DNA of 64,000 nucleotides, taken from NCBI GenBank assembly GCA_964106915.2, contig OZ066919.1, one strand, 5' to 3'. The notes beneath the pieces are model-generated. The model was not told where the DNA came from and did no database searches. It worked only from the letters and a program-made list of their open reading frames with translations. This stretch comes from Podarcis gaigeae. Its lineage: Eukaryota. This document shows, piece by piece, positions 13,650-26,556 of the stretch. Numbering within the stretch: the stretch's first letter is position 1; each line of letters opens with the position of its first letter. Both the position numbers and the translations under genes were made by a program.

Positions 13650-14510
13650 ATTCGCCCGCGCTCACACTCTCTTGCAAGCACAGCCATTTTCTGCCGTGCT
13701 TTCTCATATCTCATTCTATTGCAACCGCTCTTCGCGGAGGCAGCGCAGTTTTTAATACTTTTCTACAAGTTCTTCAAAAGCACAAGAGTTGCAGACAGAA
13801 GAGCTTGCGGCCGCCCCAAAGCATTTCGGTACTTGCAGTCCCCCCTTCTTTTTTTTTTTAAGCCCCCACTTAGCGAGCACTTCTCCTTTCCGAGCCGACA
13901 GCGCCACCTCCTGGAACTTGTAGTTCTTCAGGGCAGGAGGCGCGCCTTGAAGATGAGGCTGCTGCGCGGAAGGAGGCCTACAAACCCCAGGATGCACTGC
14001 GCGCCTTACGGCTAGAGGCGAGGCTGGCCCTCTTCGACTGCGGGAATCCGGCTCTTGCTGCTGCCGGCTAGGCAAGGTCTCCGCGCCAAGAATGAAGTGA
14101 AGGGAAGCAAGCAGTGGGAAGTGGGGCTCGGCCAGCCGGTCTAGACAGCGTCTCCCGCCAGGTGCGTAGTGGCTCTCGAAGACTCCCCCAAACCCCCGCT
14201 GCGCGCCCCTTTTTCTTCTTTCCAGCCGCGCCTGGTCTTGCTCTGCCATAACCTGAGCCGGCAACTCTCGCCTCGGAGCGATCGATGATTTAACATAGTG
14301 GATCGATAAAGTGCGCTGCTGGAAGACTCCCGCGAGCGCCAAGCGCTGCGCTCCGAGATCGACTTGGGACCGAAGCCCGGAAGACACGCTTAATTATGGC
14401 TCCTTCCCGTGGGACGTTTCAGGTTATATAGGGCTTAAGGGAAAAGATCCTAAAGCGCAAAGTCTCCTTCCCTTTGGGGAAATGCGGCCAAGAGAAGGGA
14501 GCGCAATCCG
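13650..14510. promoter_or_regulatory. CpG-island promoter of SMPD2 with two opposite-facing ZNF143/THAP11-like motifs
   Basis: Sharp CpG/GC enrichment. GAACTACAAGTTCCAG on minus (~13911-13926), CTACAAACCCCAGGATGCACTGCG on plus (~13978-14001), ETS-like CCGGAAG ~14377. Confidence 0.75.
14010..14161 (+). other. SMPD2: Putative non-coding exon 1 of SMPD2
   Basis: CAG|GTGCGT donor at 14162 inside the CpG island; likely splices to acceptor ttcttctcgcag| at 18026. Start coordinate approximate. Confidence 0.5.
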
Positions 14511-16399
14511 GGGAATTGATCTCAAGATGCCACATTGTGTTAGTGTGATTTAGGGATTTGTTTTGCTTGGCTTGTTCTCTCTCTCCCCCCCCCCCCCCCA
14601 CTTTTAATCTCTTGCTATTTTGCAGCCGCCTTGCGTTCTTCCTTCCTCCGCCCCCTCCCAAAAGAAACGGGGGGTGTACGCATACTAGTAAATATATGTT
14701 TTTAAAGCAATCTTCTCTTGGCCTTTGACAGCTAATGCGACTTTATTCATTTGCATTAGCCGCCATCGGAACAGAGGTTGGGGACCTGTGGTCTTCCCGG
14801 TGCCGTTGCACGACAGCTCCGTAATCTCTGATTATGCTGTATACAACAGCACGCATTGACCATCTCTGGATTTTGCCTGTCTTTACAGATATGTGCATAC
14901 ACTCTAGTCTCTCATATTGTCTCCAATTCGTCTAAAGTTAGTCATAACTACACCTTGTTAGTACAGGGCCATCATCCCTAGTAGTCGTCAGTGGCCTTCT
15001 GGTTCATTAATTTTCCTAGGCTCCTTTTGGAAGCCGTTCAAGTTAGTGGCTGATACTGCATTCTCTAGTTTAACTATGGACTGTGTAGTTCTTCATTTTG
15101 TTTCACTATTCGGCCCCATTGGATGTGCCTGGGTTATACTACTATTAAAAGAGGAATAAAATATTATTTCTCCAGACTCTTGAGTAATGTTATAATTTTG
15201 CTGTGTCCCTCCCCTTCTACTCAAAAGCTCTAAATGTTATAACCTTCCTTCATATGGAGGAAGTTGCTCCACTCCCTTGTCCTTTTCTGAACCCTTTCCA
15301 GCTCTGCAGTATTTTTACGATGCAGCAACCACAACTTGAATGTATAGCCTAAGATAAATTAATACTCTGCTCCCTAAATTCCAAGAATGTAAAAAGCTGC
15401 TGAATGGATGCCAGATCGTTTATTATTTTGAATCAGAAAAATCTCATTAGCAACTAATTTATGGGCCTGTAGATATTGATACTAGTCTGTGCTAGTATGG
15501 ACATTTCATTCCCCCTCTGTTTGTTCCAGCACTCCTTCATTCCCCCTCTGTTTGTTCCAGTTTTTTTGTTTGAATTGGTGTTCCTTCCCTTGTTGCCAGC
15601 TTCTTATAAGGAAGTTGTGTGTAGGGGAGTACATGAATACCCTGGGAAGTAGGCACATGACAGTATTACTTGTGTGTAAATCATTGCATGCATGAAGAAG
15701 CTGTGGTCTATTGTCGTTTCACAGCACAGCTAGCAAATAGTAGCTGTAGGACAGTTTCATGCTTCAGACTGAACACAGAAATGAGTGAACATTTGCAGTG
15801 ATATGCAGTGGTAATCCTGACACCTGCATTATGCAGTTTGCCATTGCTGTGTATTAACTAAAGCATCCTTGCTATAGACTGAAGAAATAAAGGCAGTAAA
15901 TTTTCGCCGAGAAGCACAAGGGAAGCGCTATGCTCCCAAAGCTCTTGGGGATAAGGCAGGCTCAGTATGAACACAATGAATATATTTTCTGGGAGCTGGA
16001 TGTTTAGACATAAATTGAACGGTAGATTGGCATATGTATTTTACAATCTGCTCCATCCTTACTTACATGTCTTCAACATGTGGTTGTCATTTCTTGCTGC
16101 TTGTATATGGTTGAAAATATTTGGGTCAAAATATTTACCACAGCCATTTTATTTCATCTTGGCAGTGAACACAAGGAAAGCTACTTTCCCTTTCTTGCTA
16201 ATTCCACCTGGTGAACAAGTGTAAGAAAATGCATTCAAAGAAGATGGGAGGGAATGGTTTGAGGGCAGGGTGGAAGCAGTTTGAAGAGCAGACCCCGGCT
16301 GCTTTGCCATGCACTCTCTCCTGGGTTCTTGGGCAAGCCATCCTGAGTCTGATTCAATTCAATAAGACACAAATCCCTAGCCTCAAGGGCAGTAAAAAC

Positions 16400-16540
16400 C
16401 AGTGCTTATTTTCAGGGGGTACTCCAGGGTACACAATACCAGCACCTCTCTCTCTCTGTGTGGGTTAAAAAAGTGTGGCACTTACTGTAAGAACTTCACG
16501 GTGAGTACTGGCAACTATTTTTCTAGGGGGGAAAGCACTG
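16400..16540. mobile_element. hAT-type MITE
   Basis: TIR CAGTGCTT...AAGCACTG; 8-bp TSD GTAAAAAC/GTGAAAAC (1 mismatch). Confidence 0.7.
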
Positions 16541-17285
16541 GTGAAAACCATAAATGATTGTGAGGAATTGTGATATTGAGGGCTATAAGTAAATACTGTA
16601 GGTTTGGTCATGGGTGTCCCAGCACTCCAGCATGGTTGAAAACAGATCCTTGAAGGAAATTCAAGAACTGAGACTTGGATTGGGTGTCATTGACCTGTGA
16701 GCACAGCTTCTTGTCCTTGGAACTTCGCACGGAGGGATTGCCAGTAGGAAAGAACTTTAGAATCTACCAAGTAAACACATGATATTTTTAAAAAGTGGGT
16801 AGGCCTGTGGAATCACTCATAATGCTTTTTTATATTTTTTTAAGGACTAGCCCTGTGATGTGTTGGTCATCAGTGTGGCATGCAGTGGTACCTGCAAAGC
16901 TTCTGAAGTCACACACACACACACCTCCCTTGGTGAGGGTGGTTACCTTTTTCTCCCTCGAAAAGTACACAGAGCTAAAGGAGGAAGTTGGAAGAGTGCC
17001 ACTCTTTCCCACTTCTTTCAGTTCTATATGCTTTTCAAGATCAAGACTAATTCTGCTGGTTCCAGCTTTCACCCAGATTCCTTGGGAAAGCTAAGTTTGT
17101 ATGTGTGTGTTTTCTCTCTCTCTCTTTCTGTCTGGGGTGACGTTGGGATGAGAGAGAAGTGCCCAGAGAGGGAATAATGGGGCGCCAGCACCCTCAAAGA
17201 TCTACGTTTGCCTGTGGACCTTAAAAGCTTGATGGGCCCTAAATGATTACAAGAGTATTGACCATGAGGGTTTATTGCCCGGAAA

Positions 17286-17650
17286 GGGACGCGGGTGGCG
17301 CTGTGGGTTAAAGCCTCAGCGCCTAGGACTTGCCGATCGAAAGGTCGGTGGTTCGAATCCCTGCGGCGGGGTGCGCTCCCGTTGCTCGGTCCCAGCGCCT
17401 GCCAACCTAGCAGTTCGAAAGCACCCTCGGGTGCAAGTAGATAAATAGGGACCGCTTTCTAGCGGGAAGGTAAACGGCGTTTCCGTGTGCAGCTCTGGCT
17501 CGCCAGAGCAGCGATGTCACACTGGCCACGTGACCCGGAAGTGTCTTCGGACAGCGCTGGCCCCTGGCCTCTTGAGTGAGATGGGCGCACAACCCCAGAG
17601 TCTGACAAGACTGGCCCGTACGGGCAGGGGTACCTTTACCTTTACCTTTA
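17286..17650 (+). mobile_element. Sauria SINE, full length, young
   Basis: tRNA-like head (GGTGGCGCTGTGG A box, GGTTCGAATCC B box), (ACCTTT)n tail, perfect TSD TATTGCCCGGAAA at 17273-17285 and 17651-17663, CpGs retained. Confidence 0.92.
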
Positions 17651-18140
17651 TATTGCCCGGAAAGGGGTGCATTTGCAGCGTTTTGGTGGCAGTGACAGCA
17701 CTGAAGCAAAAGATTCCTGCTATCAGGATTGAAACAGGCAAAAGATGGGCCTTGCGTGACCTGAGAGTGTCCCTTTAATGCTTTATAACTCTGCTAATCT
17801 TTAGGTCTTATCTTATCTTTGCACCTCTCCCTCCTATCAAGGACTTTCAGATGCTGTTGCCCAGAGGGCTTTAGCAGAGAGAGGCATTATAGGCCTTGGC
17901 CACAAAAGCATGTGCTGCTTGTTGAATCGGTGCCACCAAGGCTTCATCCTTCCTTGTTTTCCAGCTGCCAGTGCATACCGTCTTAGCTTGCAATATTACA
18001 GTCACACTTCCTGTTCTTCTCGCAGAGGAGCAAAGCCAAAGTCTGACACCTTGCTTGCCGGAGAGGTGGAGGCAGAACCTGTCAGCATTGTGAGTGCAAC
18101 CATCTGAAACCCACCTCTGTATTGTCTTGTCCCCACTGTG

Positions 18141-18190
18141 ATGGATGAGGACCCTCGATTGCAGTTGCGTGTCTTTGACCTCAATTGCTG
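18141..18190 (+). CDS. SMPD2: SMPD2 coding exon 1 (MDEDPRLQLRVFDLNCW)
   Basis: ATG 18141; TG|GTGAGT donor. Confidence 0.88.
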
Positions 18191-18672
18191 GTGAGTTTTT
18201 CCATTGCTTTATTTTTGGGTGTTTGTTTAAGGCAGGTGAGGGTTGGCTCTGATCTGCATGACTATCGGCGAAGGTTGAGGCATGTTTTCTGATCAAGAAG
18301 TTGCTGAGTCTTCTGGGTTACGGCAAATGCATTCTTCACCTGTTTGTTTCCCTGTTTGCGAGAAGAAATTATGAAGTTCCCGTGTCTGGGGCTGTTTTTA
18401 TGTAAATAAAACAGGGTATTGTAAATCTCTCTGTTCCTGCCCTTTTCCAACCCAATGATTAAGTGATTTGGCTGAACATGCATCTATGCTTAAATGGAGA
18501 GAGAGGGGAATCTTTTTCATGCTGAGGACAAACTTTGGGAGGTGGGGCAGAGACTCAAGTGGGCAGGCCAGAGAAAAAACTGATGGAACAATGCATGTGA
18601 CCCTTAATTTTGTACAGTGTCCTACATTCTAGCCACACAAAAGTCAAAGGTTTTACACCGGCATGTGCGTGC

Positions 18673-18726
<54 letters not shown>

Positions 18727-21700
18727 CTCCATTCAGGTAAAAAAGAGACATTATCACTGTTCAGTGACACATTTCAAGCATATGTCCTTCCAATTCCAAC
18801 ACAGGCTCATGTATACAATATAATTAGATGGTAGAATTATCAGGTGATGGAGTCTATCGTGCCATGTTTCATTGTGGGGGAGGGAGGCCATCTGTTTTAT
18901 TTCTCTTCCATGTAAAACAAGCAAAACAAACAAACAAAGCAGCTGCTAGCGAGTCATGGAGAAAAACTCTTTTCAGCTAATTGCTTTTTGCACTGGCGAA
19001 TGTATAGTCCCTTGTATAGTCCCCAGGAATCTTCCATCCCATTATGACCTCATTTGGGGGCATGCAACAGCCAGGCCTGACTCTGTGTCTGACCAGTTTT
19101 TCTTATAGTGCTGCTTGTACTCACTGTTTCTTTGCATTTAATGTGCATATTTTTTCCTTAATGTTCAGCAGCAACAACAGCTGCTGTGAGAGGGCTGCTT
19201 GCCTCAGTGATGAGAGGGGATTTAACTGTTTCCTTCCCTACTGTAGTCCTGATTAAAATTGCTCCTTCAGGTGTGCTTTTTGCATTGGGAGGAGTGGTTC
19301 CTTTGGCTCTCAGTGTGATACTGCCTTCTTTACCAGGTGTAAGTAATGAAGGGCTAAGATTGAAATGAGCAGTGAGCCTAGTTGGATCCTAATGTTTTAC
19401 TCAGTTTTCTTCCCTTTCTCTCCCTTCCAGGGCCATTCGCTACCTGAGCAAAGTACGGCAGCAGCGCATTGAATTGATTGGCAATGTCCTCAACCAGGAG
19501 GGATATGACTTGGCGCTCTTGCAGGAGGTGAGTACTTAAATCTGTTATAGTGCATCTAGTATTGGCATAGGTTGTGGGCAGAGCATGGCAAGATCTTGAA
19601 GTGCTGTATAAGCATGATTAATCGGGGAGGAGGGATACTAGGGGAGGGGAGAAGTTACCCCCCCCCCATGCCTAGCTTCAACTTAGCCCACTGATTCAAT
19701 TCCCACTTCTGTTCTTTGGTTTGCAGTCACTGTGACTACAACCTCTCTACTTTTCCAGGTGTGGAGCGAGAGAGATTATTGGGAGCTGAAAAAGAAGCTG
19801 TGTGCCCGCTACCCTTCTTCCCACTATTTTAAAAGGTAAAAAGGAGCTTGAATAGTCCATGCCAATGGCTGAGCTCAATTACTATAGGCTTGACTTCATA
19901 GATGTGCAATTTATATGATTTTTAGAGAGGACCCTCTCAGACACTGGTAGGAAATCATTTCCGCTCTTTAGTTTCTTGAGAGCTCAGACAGGTTAGCATA
20001 AAAGGCCTTGGAATAAGTTGGGTCTTTAGCTGATCAAAATAATATTTTCTTGGAAACAGGTACCTTGTTGCTTGTGCAGCAGCCTCGCCCCTTGTGACAG
20101 ATAATTGTTCTTTAATTGCCCTTGTTCCCTTAGCAGTCCTTGCCTTCCAGATGTGGCATGCTGACTGAATAGCCCACAGGTCTATTTTTAAGGCTGTGTT
20201 TGTGAAACAGAGCCCATGGTTGCGCACTGGATCACTACATGGGCAGCATGGTGCAGGACGCATGGGTTGGATGCATGGTGGCATATACCTGGTGTGAAAC
20301 CAACCTGTGAAACCAACCTTCATCTGTAGGGGACACAGCTTGGAACACAGGGAATCTCAATAAAATTTTATGACATTAATTAATCTGAGTTTTACAGACT
20401 CACCTTGTACAGGTCACTTGATTATAGATGGTTACTAAACCTTATGGTTCACTTCTTTGGCAGACCCGGCATTAAACTCTTCTTAAATGTACATTTTGGT
20501 GGGAACCTGTGACTTGACTTGCGTGCTGTTACAGAAGCTAATAATGGTGAGGCAGCATCCCTTTTTAGTCTTGACTCTGTCACGGTGTCAGAAGACTTCA
20601 CTTTGTCCCTAGAACCAGGAATAATTCCAAGGAGTCCCAAATGCCAGCCCTTTTCTGTAAACTCTAGCTATTGATTTCAAATGGAGGATGGGAACAGCAA
20701 GGATTGGCAATGCCCCCCCCCCCCAGCTGACGCCTGTGGTGCCTGTGTCTTTCACAGTGGAGTGATTGGCAGTGGGCTCTGCATCTTCTCCAGATATCAA
20801 ATCCTGGACACCTTCCTGTACCAATACTCTGTGAATGGCTACCCCTACATGGTGAGTGGGCGATGCCTTGCTTGAGGGTGGGGAACGGGCCAAAGAGCAC
20901 CTTTCTTCTAAGGCTCTTTTCACTGTGACCAGTGTTGCCTATGTTTCTTCTACAGTCTTCCACTTTCTTCTCTCTACAGTTCCAGCACGGAGACTGGTTT
21001 GGTGGCAAATCGGTGGGGCTTGTGGTCCTGAAGATACAGGAGATTGTTTTCAACATCTATGTGACTCATGTGAGTAGTTTTATTTATTTTGTTGTATTCT
21101 TTTTATTTGTGTGTTACAAACTTATTCAACTCCTGGAGCAAGATTACAGAAATTGTGTGTGTGTGTGTCTAAATGTGAGTAGGATTTACATGAGGAACAC
21201 AGGATAGCACTTCAGATTTGCTGAATGAATCCTTTGATTACAATCATCAATTCAATTCAAGTTTATTAAATTTGTGAGGTCCATGCCTTTACACAAAATA
21301 CCATAAAACATTCTTAAAAGATAAACAATAAAATTATAAAAAATAAGCTAAAATTCAAGCCATGCTGTCCCAGCAAGGAAACTGGGGATTACAATCATAC
21401 TTTGGTTTTTGAACAGCTTAGTTCTCGAAAGTTTTGGCTCCCAAACACCACAAAACCGGAAGTGACTGTTCTGGTTTGTGAACTATTTTTGGAAGCCGAA
21501 CATCTGACGGGGCTTCCGTGGCTTCCGATTGGCTGCAGGAGCTTCCTGCAGCCAGTCAGAAGGCGCACTTTGGTTGTCGAATGTTTTGGAAGTCAAATGG
21601 ACTTCCGGAATGGATTCCATTTGACTTCCAAGGTGGGACTGTACTGGCTTGGACTTCACAAGTGATACTCATTGTTTTTAGGCCTATTTGCCAGCAGGGG

Positions 21701-24700
21701 GTGTCCATGAACAGCCAAGGCTTTTTATTTTCTTGGGTGGCACCTTCTTAAAAATGAACAAGACACACAACCTTTTAAAGAAGGATTTTTGTGTGTTCTC
21801 TCAAATGTATGCATCATTGGAAAGCTGCTGTTCATTCTTATCCCAAGGTACAGTAAATGCAAGCGACATTGCATAGATGAATAGAAGCTGCCTGTTAAAG
21901 GATTAAGTAGTTAAAGGATTATGTACCAATTCTGTCATTTGTATTGATGTAAACCTCTAGAACGTATTTTGTATAGCTAAGCATTTAGCTTTATCCTCAG
22001 CATATTGTATTTTATTTTATTGCTATGCCTAGTAGGTAAAGCAAATAAAATTTCTGTGTAAGGGCAGGCAAGCAGTGAGTGCAGTCCCAAAGATCAATAA
22101 ACTAACTTCTGCTTGTGGGACTATGTCTAAATTATCTTAGCATTGAGGAGGAATAGAAAGCCGGCACAATGAAACGGGTGAGAGATACTCCCACAGGAGG
22201 CAGCCTTAATGAGCAGTATGATTTCACAAGCTTGGTACTAACGCAGGAGCGTCAGTGTTGCCTAGTCTGCTGAAGCCCGAAAGCTACTTGTGGAAATATT
22301 TTTGAGGTCTACTTACACTTGGCCATGCTGGGAGTTGTAGTGTAATGACATCTCAAGATCATTCCTCTGATGAAGCCTGGGTTACACGATCGGAGGATAT
22401 TATTCTGGGGGCACCTTTTGGGAGATAAGAAACCCTGCCTACAGAAACAAGGGACTAGTTCATCCAGTCACACAACCAGCATTTCGGACGCAACTATGGT
22501 TGGTATTAATGCGAATAAGCTTTGGAATCACAAGCTCCCGTCACAAAGAGGAGATAGAAGCTTTCATTTCTATTTTCAACTAACTGTGGCTCCTTGTTAT
22601 TCAGTTACTTGGGCAAACACTGGTAGCAAGGATGGAGAACCCTCCCGTTGCTGGTGAACTCCACTAGCCCTAGCCAGAATAGACAATAGTCAGGGGCAGT
22701 GAGAGCTATAGCCCACCAACATATGGTGGGGGTCACAGGCTCCCCATCCCTGGTCCAAGGACTCAAGTCAACTTCAATCTGTAGTCTAGTTTCTCTATAA
22801 CATTGTTAAGATTAACCACAGTTCCAACGTTTGGGCTTAGCAATAATGCATGGTTAGTTGAAAGTGGAAGCAGGAGCTTGTGATCTTGCTGGAGCAGAAG
22901 AAGAGTGTACACACAAGCCCAAGATTTATACCAGTAATGCGAAACAGTAGTTTAGCATTGTATCTGTACCGGATGGTACTCTTTGCTTTGTGTGTCTCTG
23001 AAACTGTGAAATCCCACTGTCTGTTATAGAATCCTTATCTTGTTGCTTTTGATCTCTGCCGCAGGCTCCCCGATCAGCTTAAAGTGGGGCAGCAAGGCGA
23101 GTACATTTGCTTTGTGATTTCACATATATTACTATGCAAGTGTGAATTTCATGTGTGTCTTGTTCTCTTCCTCCCAAGCTCCATGCGGAGTACTGCCGGG
23201 AGAAGGATGCTTACCTGCCCCACCGAGTAGTTCAGGCCTGGGAACTTGCCCAGTTTATACAGTAAGTCATAGGGAGACTCCAAAAATCTTTATAATGAGG
23301 TTTGTGTGTGCACACTTTGTCCCTCTCTCTGTTAGCTGGTTTCCCTCCTTGGCAGTAATTCAGAGCTCTGGCTTAGAACATACTCAGTCCATCTAATGCT
23401 ATCACTCCGGCGACAGAATGAATGGGTGGATAGGGGGAGAGGATGCAGCCATGGTTTTGGGTGTGTAGTAGAATTCGAGTCTAACATGGCTTAGATCTCA
23501 TGACAAAAAACATCCTTGTATCATTGAGGGCTGCTTGTTTCCTCTCAGTCTGTGGCATCTTCTCATCTTCCCAGACATACTTCGAAAGGAGCCGATGTGG
23601 TGCTGCTTGGTGGGGATCTGAACATGCACCCAGAAGACGTGGGCATCAGGCTGTTGCGAGGTTGGGCAGGGCTTCGGGACTCCTTCATTGCCGCAGAGAA
23701 GGTTGAGGTGAGTCTCGGTACCGCCCTATGAAATGGTCCTTTGGTCACTCAGTAAAAGGAAAAGAAAGTTGCCCTTGGGGCCTGGAAACTAGAACCTTAC
23801 CTTTATTTGGGCAAGAATGTCAAGAGATAGGTTATACCAACCAGATTAAAGGTGCCTCTTCCATCCACATGGCTCTCTCTCTCTTTTGCCTTCCTGAAAG
23901 CTCCGAGCTCTGCAGGCTGCACTGTCAGCCAGACTCAGTTGGCAGCTTCTTCCACAACACAGCTTGCTGCAGATGCTCTAGTATCTTTTATTAGAAGGGT
24001 GGGTAACTTCAGGCCCAGTGATCAAAAGTGACCCTCCAGGCCTCCCTATCTGGCTCCAGGCCACACCCCTCACTGCCTGTGCTGCCATACTTAGAGTGTG
24101 GCTGGAATGTGTCCTTCAACTCTGATAATGCACGTTGCTTGTCTAGATAGTGATTAGTGAGAGTGTATGTAGAAATAAGCCTACAGTACGCAAATGTGCA
24201 TTAGGTATTCCATCTGCTTTTGTCCCTGGCCCCGCCCACTACTGGCATATGGCCCTTGAAATGTTGCCCAGGAGGGATTGCAGCTCTCAGGCTGAGAAAG
24301 TTCCCCCACCTCTGGTTTTTTTAGAACTGGGAATTCAGACTCTGGTCTTGCTTCTAGGGTGGTGAGGACGGCTCTACACTCTTGCCCACCAACTGCTTCA
24401 CAAGCAAGAAGGAACTGCGGTGCTATCCCCAGGGGATTCGTATTGACTACATTCTGTATAAGGTACGTGCAAGTTCAACACGTACAAAGCAGACTGCGAC
24501 AGTACAGAGTTCAGAAAGCAGTTAAGCAATAAAGGCTGTCAAATATGGTTTGGCACTAGCCCCATGACAGGTCTGTCTCCTGTCAGTATCTTCAGTCTGG
24601 AATGTCTTCTTTGTCCAATAGTCTCCAAAACTATGTGCTTGATTTCCTGCTGTTGTTGTCTTTGGGCATGTTCTCTGTAACAGCTGGGACTAGCTTTTCA

Positions 24701-26378
24701 AGATATGAGGATAACACTTAAGGCTTTAGAGCCAAAATGAGCAAAGCACTAGGCACACTTCTGCAAGAACTTGCTGCATTTGGGGATTTTGATTAGCTTG
24801 CACTGCTTGATCACTTCCTGCACTCTGTAAACATGTGGGCACTACTTGGACTACAGCTGTTGCTCCTTCCTACTCTAACACAGGGGTGTGGAAAGTTGCC
24901 TGAGATACCCAGCCTTTCCTGTAAGAGGGGAACTACAGTTGTAACTAATTCCTCGGTTTGAGCTGGATGTTTGTGAGAACCGTAGCCCTATGTTGATTTT
25001 GGGGATAATTCAGAAGAGGGTAGCAAATATGGTTAAAGGTCACATCATTGAGAAAAGGTGAAAAGAACTGAGCACATCTATTACCCATGAGAAAATCAGA
25101 TTGACGTTGAGCCTGAAAATAATCTTCAGTCTGTATTAAAATCTTACCCCAAAGCTGATAGCAAGAATGCGCCTGTTGCCAAACACTGTAGATGTAGGGC
25201 AATAGATTTTAAATGGCAAAAGTTTAGATTTAAGATGAATTTGCTGAAAGAACAAGCCATGGGAGCAGGTTGCCCAAGGACATTGCTGAATAGCTTTCCT
25301 TGGAGTTGCATGGTCAAATAAGCACATGATAGAACAGACATAGGAATTCTTTAGCTGATCCTTGAGGACACTTCCAAATTACTTCTGCCATTCAAAGAGG
25401 ACTCTAATAAGATAGTTCCCCACCCTCTTCACCTGTAGTCCACAGCCTAGAATTTCTGGGAGCCTTACTTATTTAAAACACACGTGCATAATAAGCGCCT
25501 TGCTCTCCTGCTTATCTTCCCTTCTTGTAGGGTTTGTCTCACTATGAAGTAAAATGCAACCGCCATGAGACAACTACTGGAAAAGCTCCCAACAAGGACA
25601 TACCTTATTCCGACCATGAAGCTGTCATAGCCACACTATCTGTGAGCAAGAGAGGGTTAGACAAAAGCCTAAACCACCCTAGAGTTGGTGAGTACCCCAG
25701 TTTCATTTCTTTGGCACAGGAGGGAGCAAGCACTCATGCCTTTGGGAAGAGGGGAGGGATGGCAAAGCCTGCCTGGTCCATTCCCAGTGGTGCTCCTTCA
25801 AGGCCTGCTCTCACCCATTAACCTCCCTGGAGAGAAGAGTGTGGCCGTTGCGCTAGGGCCCTGGCCTCTCTGCAAGCATGCACTACCATAGTCAAGAAGC
25901 CAGTATCTCTGCATAAAGTAGCAGCCTTGGCCTGCCTCTCCAGACCAGCGAGTGGGCTTGGACACAAATGTCTTAGGGCTTTTACTGCCTCAACATGCAC
26001 TGTGGTTGAGTCCTGCTGCCGTCTGTCTTCCTAGAACCGGTGCTGGTGGACGTCTTGAACGAAGCCCGTATGGAGGTGCGGGTAGGGCTGCACGCGGCCG
26101 AGCGGCAGCAGTACTCCTGCGGCCGCATGGCCGTCCTGGCCGTGCTGCTGCTTCTCATGCAGGCGACCATGGGCCTGAGCTCCATGTTTGGCGATGCCCT
26201 CCTGCAGCCCTTCCCCAAGTTCTCGTTCTCGCTGCTCAGCCTGCTGGGGGTGCTGGTGTTGCTCATCTCGGCTGTGCTCTACCTCTTCCACACCATCGAG
26301 GTCAAGGTGCTCCAGGGGACAGAGGAGCAGATGCGGGTGGGGCTGCAGACACTCCAGGACAAGCTGAGCTCTCGGTGA
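18141..26378 (+). CDS. SMPD2: Sphingomyelin phosphodiesterase 2 (neutral sphingomyelinase 1), 10 coding exons, 409 aa
   Basis: Exons 18141-18190, 19431-19527, 19759-19835, 20758-20851, 20980-21069, 23179-23261, 23575-23707, 24358-24462, 25531-25687, 26035-26378 total 1230 nt. Motifs LRVFDLNCW, LALLQEVW, SGVIGSGLC, HGDWFGGK, THLHAEY, GDLNMHPED, RIDYILYK, SDHEA and two C-terminal hydrophobic helices match nSMase1. Confidence 0.95.
18678..18722. repeat. (CT)n microsatellite
   Basis: Direct read. Confidence 0.95.
19431..19527 (+). CDS. SMPD2: SMPD2 coding exon 2 (AIRYLSK...LALLQE)
   Basis: Splice sites, phase and homology. Confidence 0.92.
19759..19835 (+). CDS. SMPD2: SMPD2 coding exon 3 (VWSERDY...HYFKS)
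   Basis: Splice sites, phase and homology. Confidence 0.92.
20758..20851 (+). CDS. SMPD2: SMPD2 coding exon 4 (GVIGSGLC...NGYPYM)
   Basis: Splice sites, phase and homology. Confidence 0.93.
20980..21069 (+). CDS. SMPD2: SMPD2 coding exon 5 (FQHGDWFGGK...YVTH)
   Basis: Splice sites, phase and homology. Confidence 0.93.
21391..21642. mobile_element. Degraded Tc1/mariner (Tigger-like) MITE
   Basis: TA-flanked, degenerate terminal repeats (TACAATCATAC.../...GGGACTGTA), internal CCGGAAGT/TTCCGG repeats. Boundaries approximate. Confidence 0.5.
23179..23261 (+). CDS. SMPD2: SMPD2 coding exon 6 (LHAEYCREKD...ELAQFI)
   Basis: AAG acceptor, CA|GTAAGT donor, homology. Confidence 0.9.
23575..23707 (+). 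CDS. SMPD2: SMPD2 coding exon 7 (HTSKGADVVLLGGDLNMHPED...)
   Basis: Splice sites, phase and homology. Confidence 0.93.
23993..24313. mobile_element. Degraded hAT-like MITE
   Basis: AGAAGGGTGGGTAACTTCAGGCCC... and ...AAAGTTCCCCCACCTCTG ends resemble other hAT MITEs in the window. Confidence 0.45.
24358..24462 (+). CDS. SMPD2: SMPD2 coding exon 8 (GGEDGSTL...RIDYILYK)
   Basis: Splice sites, phase and homology. Confidence 0.92.
25531..25687 (+). CDS. SMPD2: SMPD2 coding exon 9 (...PYSDHEAVIATL...)
   Basis: Catalytic SDH motif; splice sites. Confidence 0.92.
26035..26378 (+). CDS. SMPD2: SMPD2 last coding exon (two transmembrane helices)
   Basis: cttcctag acceptor; LVDVLNEARMEV...LYLFHTIEVKVL; TGA 26376-26378. 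Confidence 0.92.
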
Positions 26379-26550
26379 GGCCTGTCGCTTGCCGGAACTC
26401 CAACAGGGACCAAGAGACTGTGCAGAAAGCTTTTCCGGGAGCCGTAAGTTCCTCTGTGCCACCAGGTTCTAAGGGTTAGTCGTTTTTTAAGCACGTGGCA
26501 GCGATTGCCGTAGAAGTTTTATATTATTATTTTTAGCTTAATTCTAGGGC

Positions 26551-26556
26551 AATAAA
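26551..26556 (+). terminator. Candidate SMPD2 poly(A) signal AATAAA (second candidate 26826-26831)
   Basis: Canonical hexamer ~170 nt after the stop. Confidence 0.55.

Noticed and set aside
13752-14387. 211-aa minus-strand ORF in the CpG island (possible divergent gene such as PPIL6)
   Set aside because: Non-ATG start, no recognisable homology including no cyclophilin motifs; long ORFs are expected in GC-rich, stop-poor sequence.
25952-26494. Several overlapping ORFs (up to 175 aa) on both strands
   Set aside because: Shadows of the high-GC3 SMPD2 last exon.
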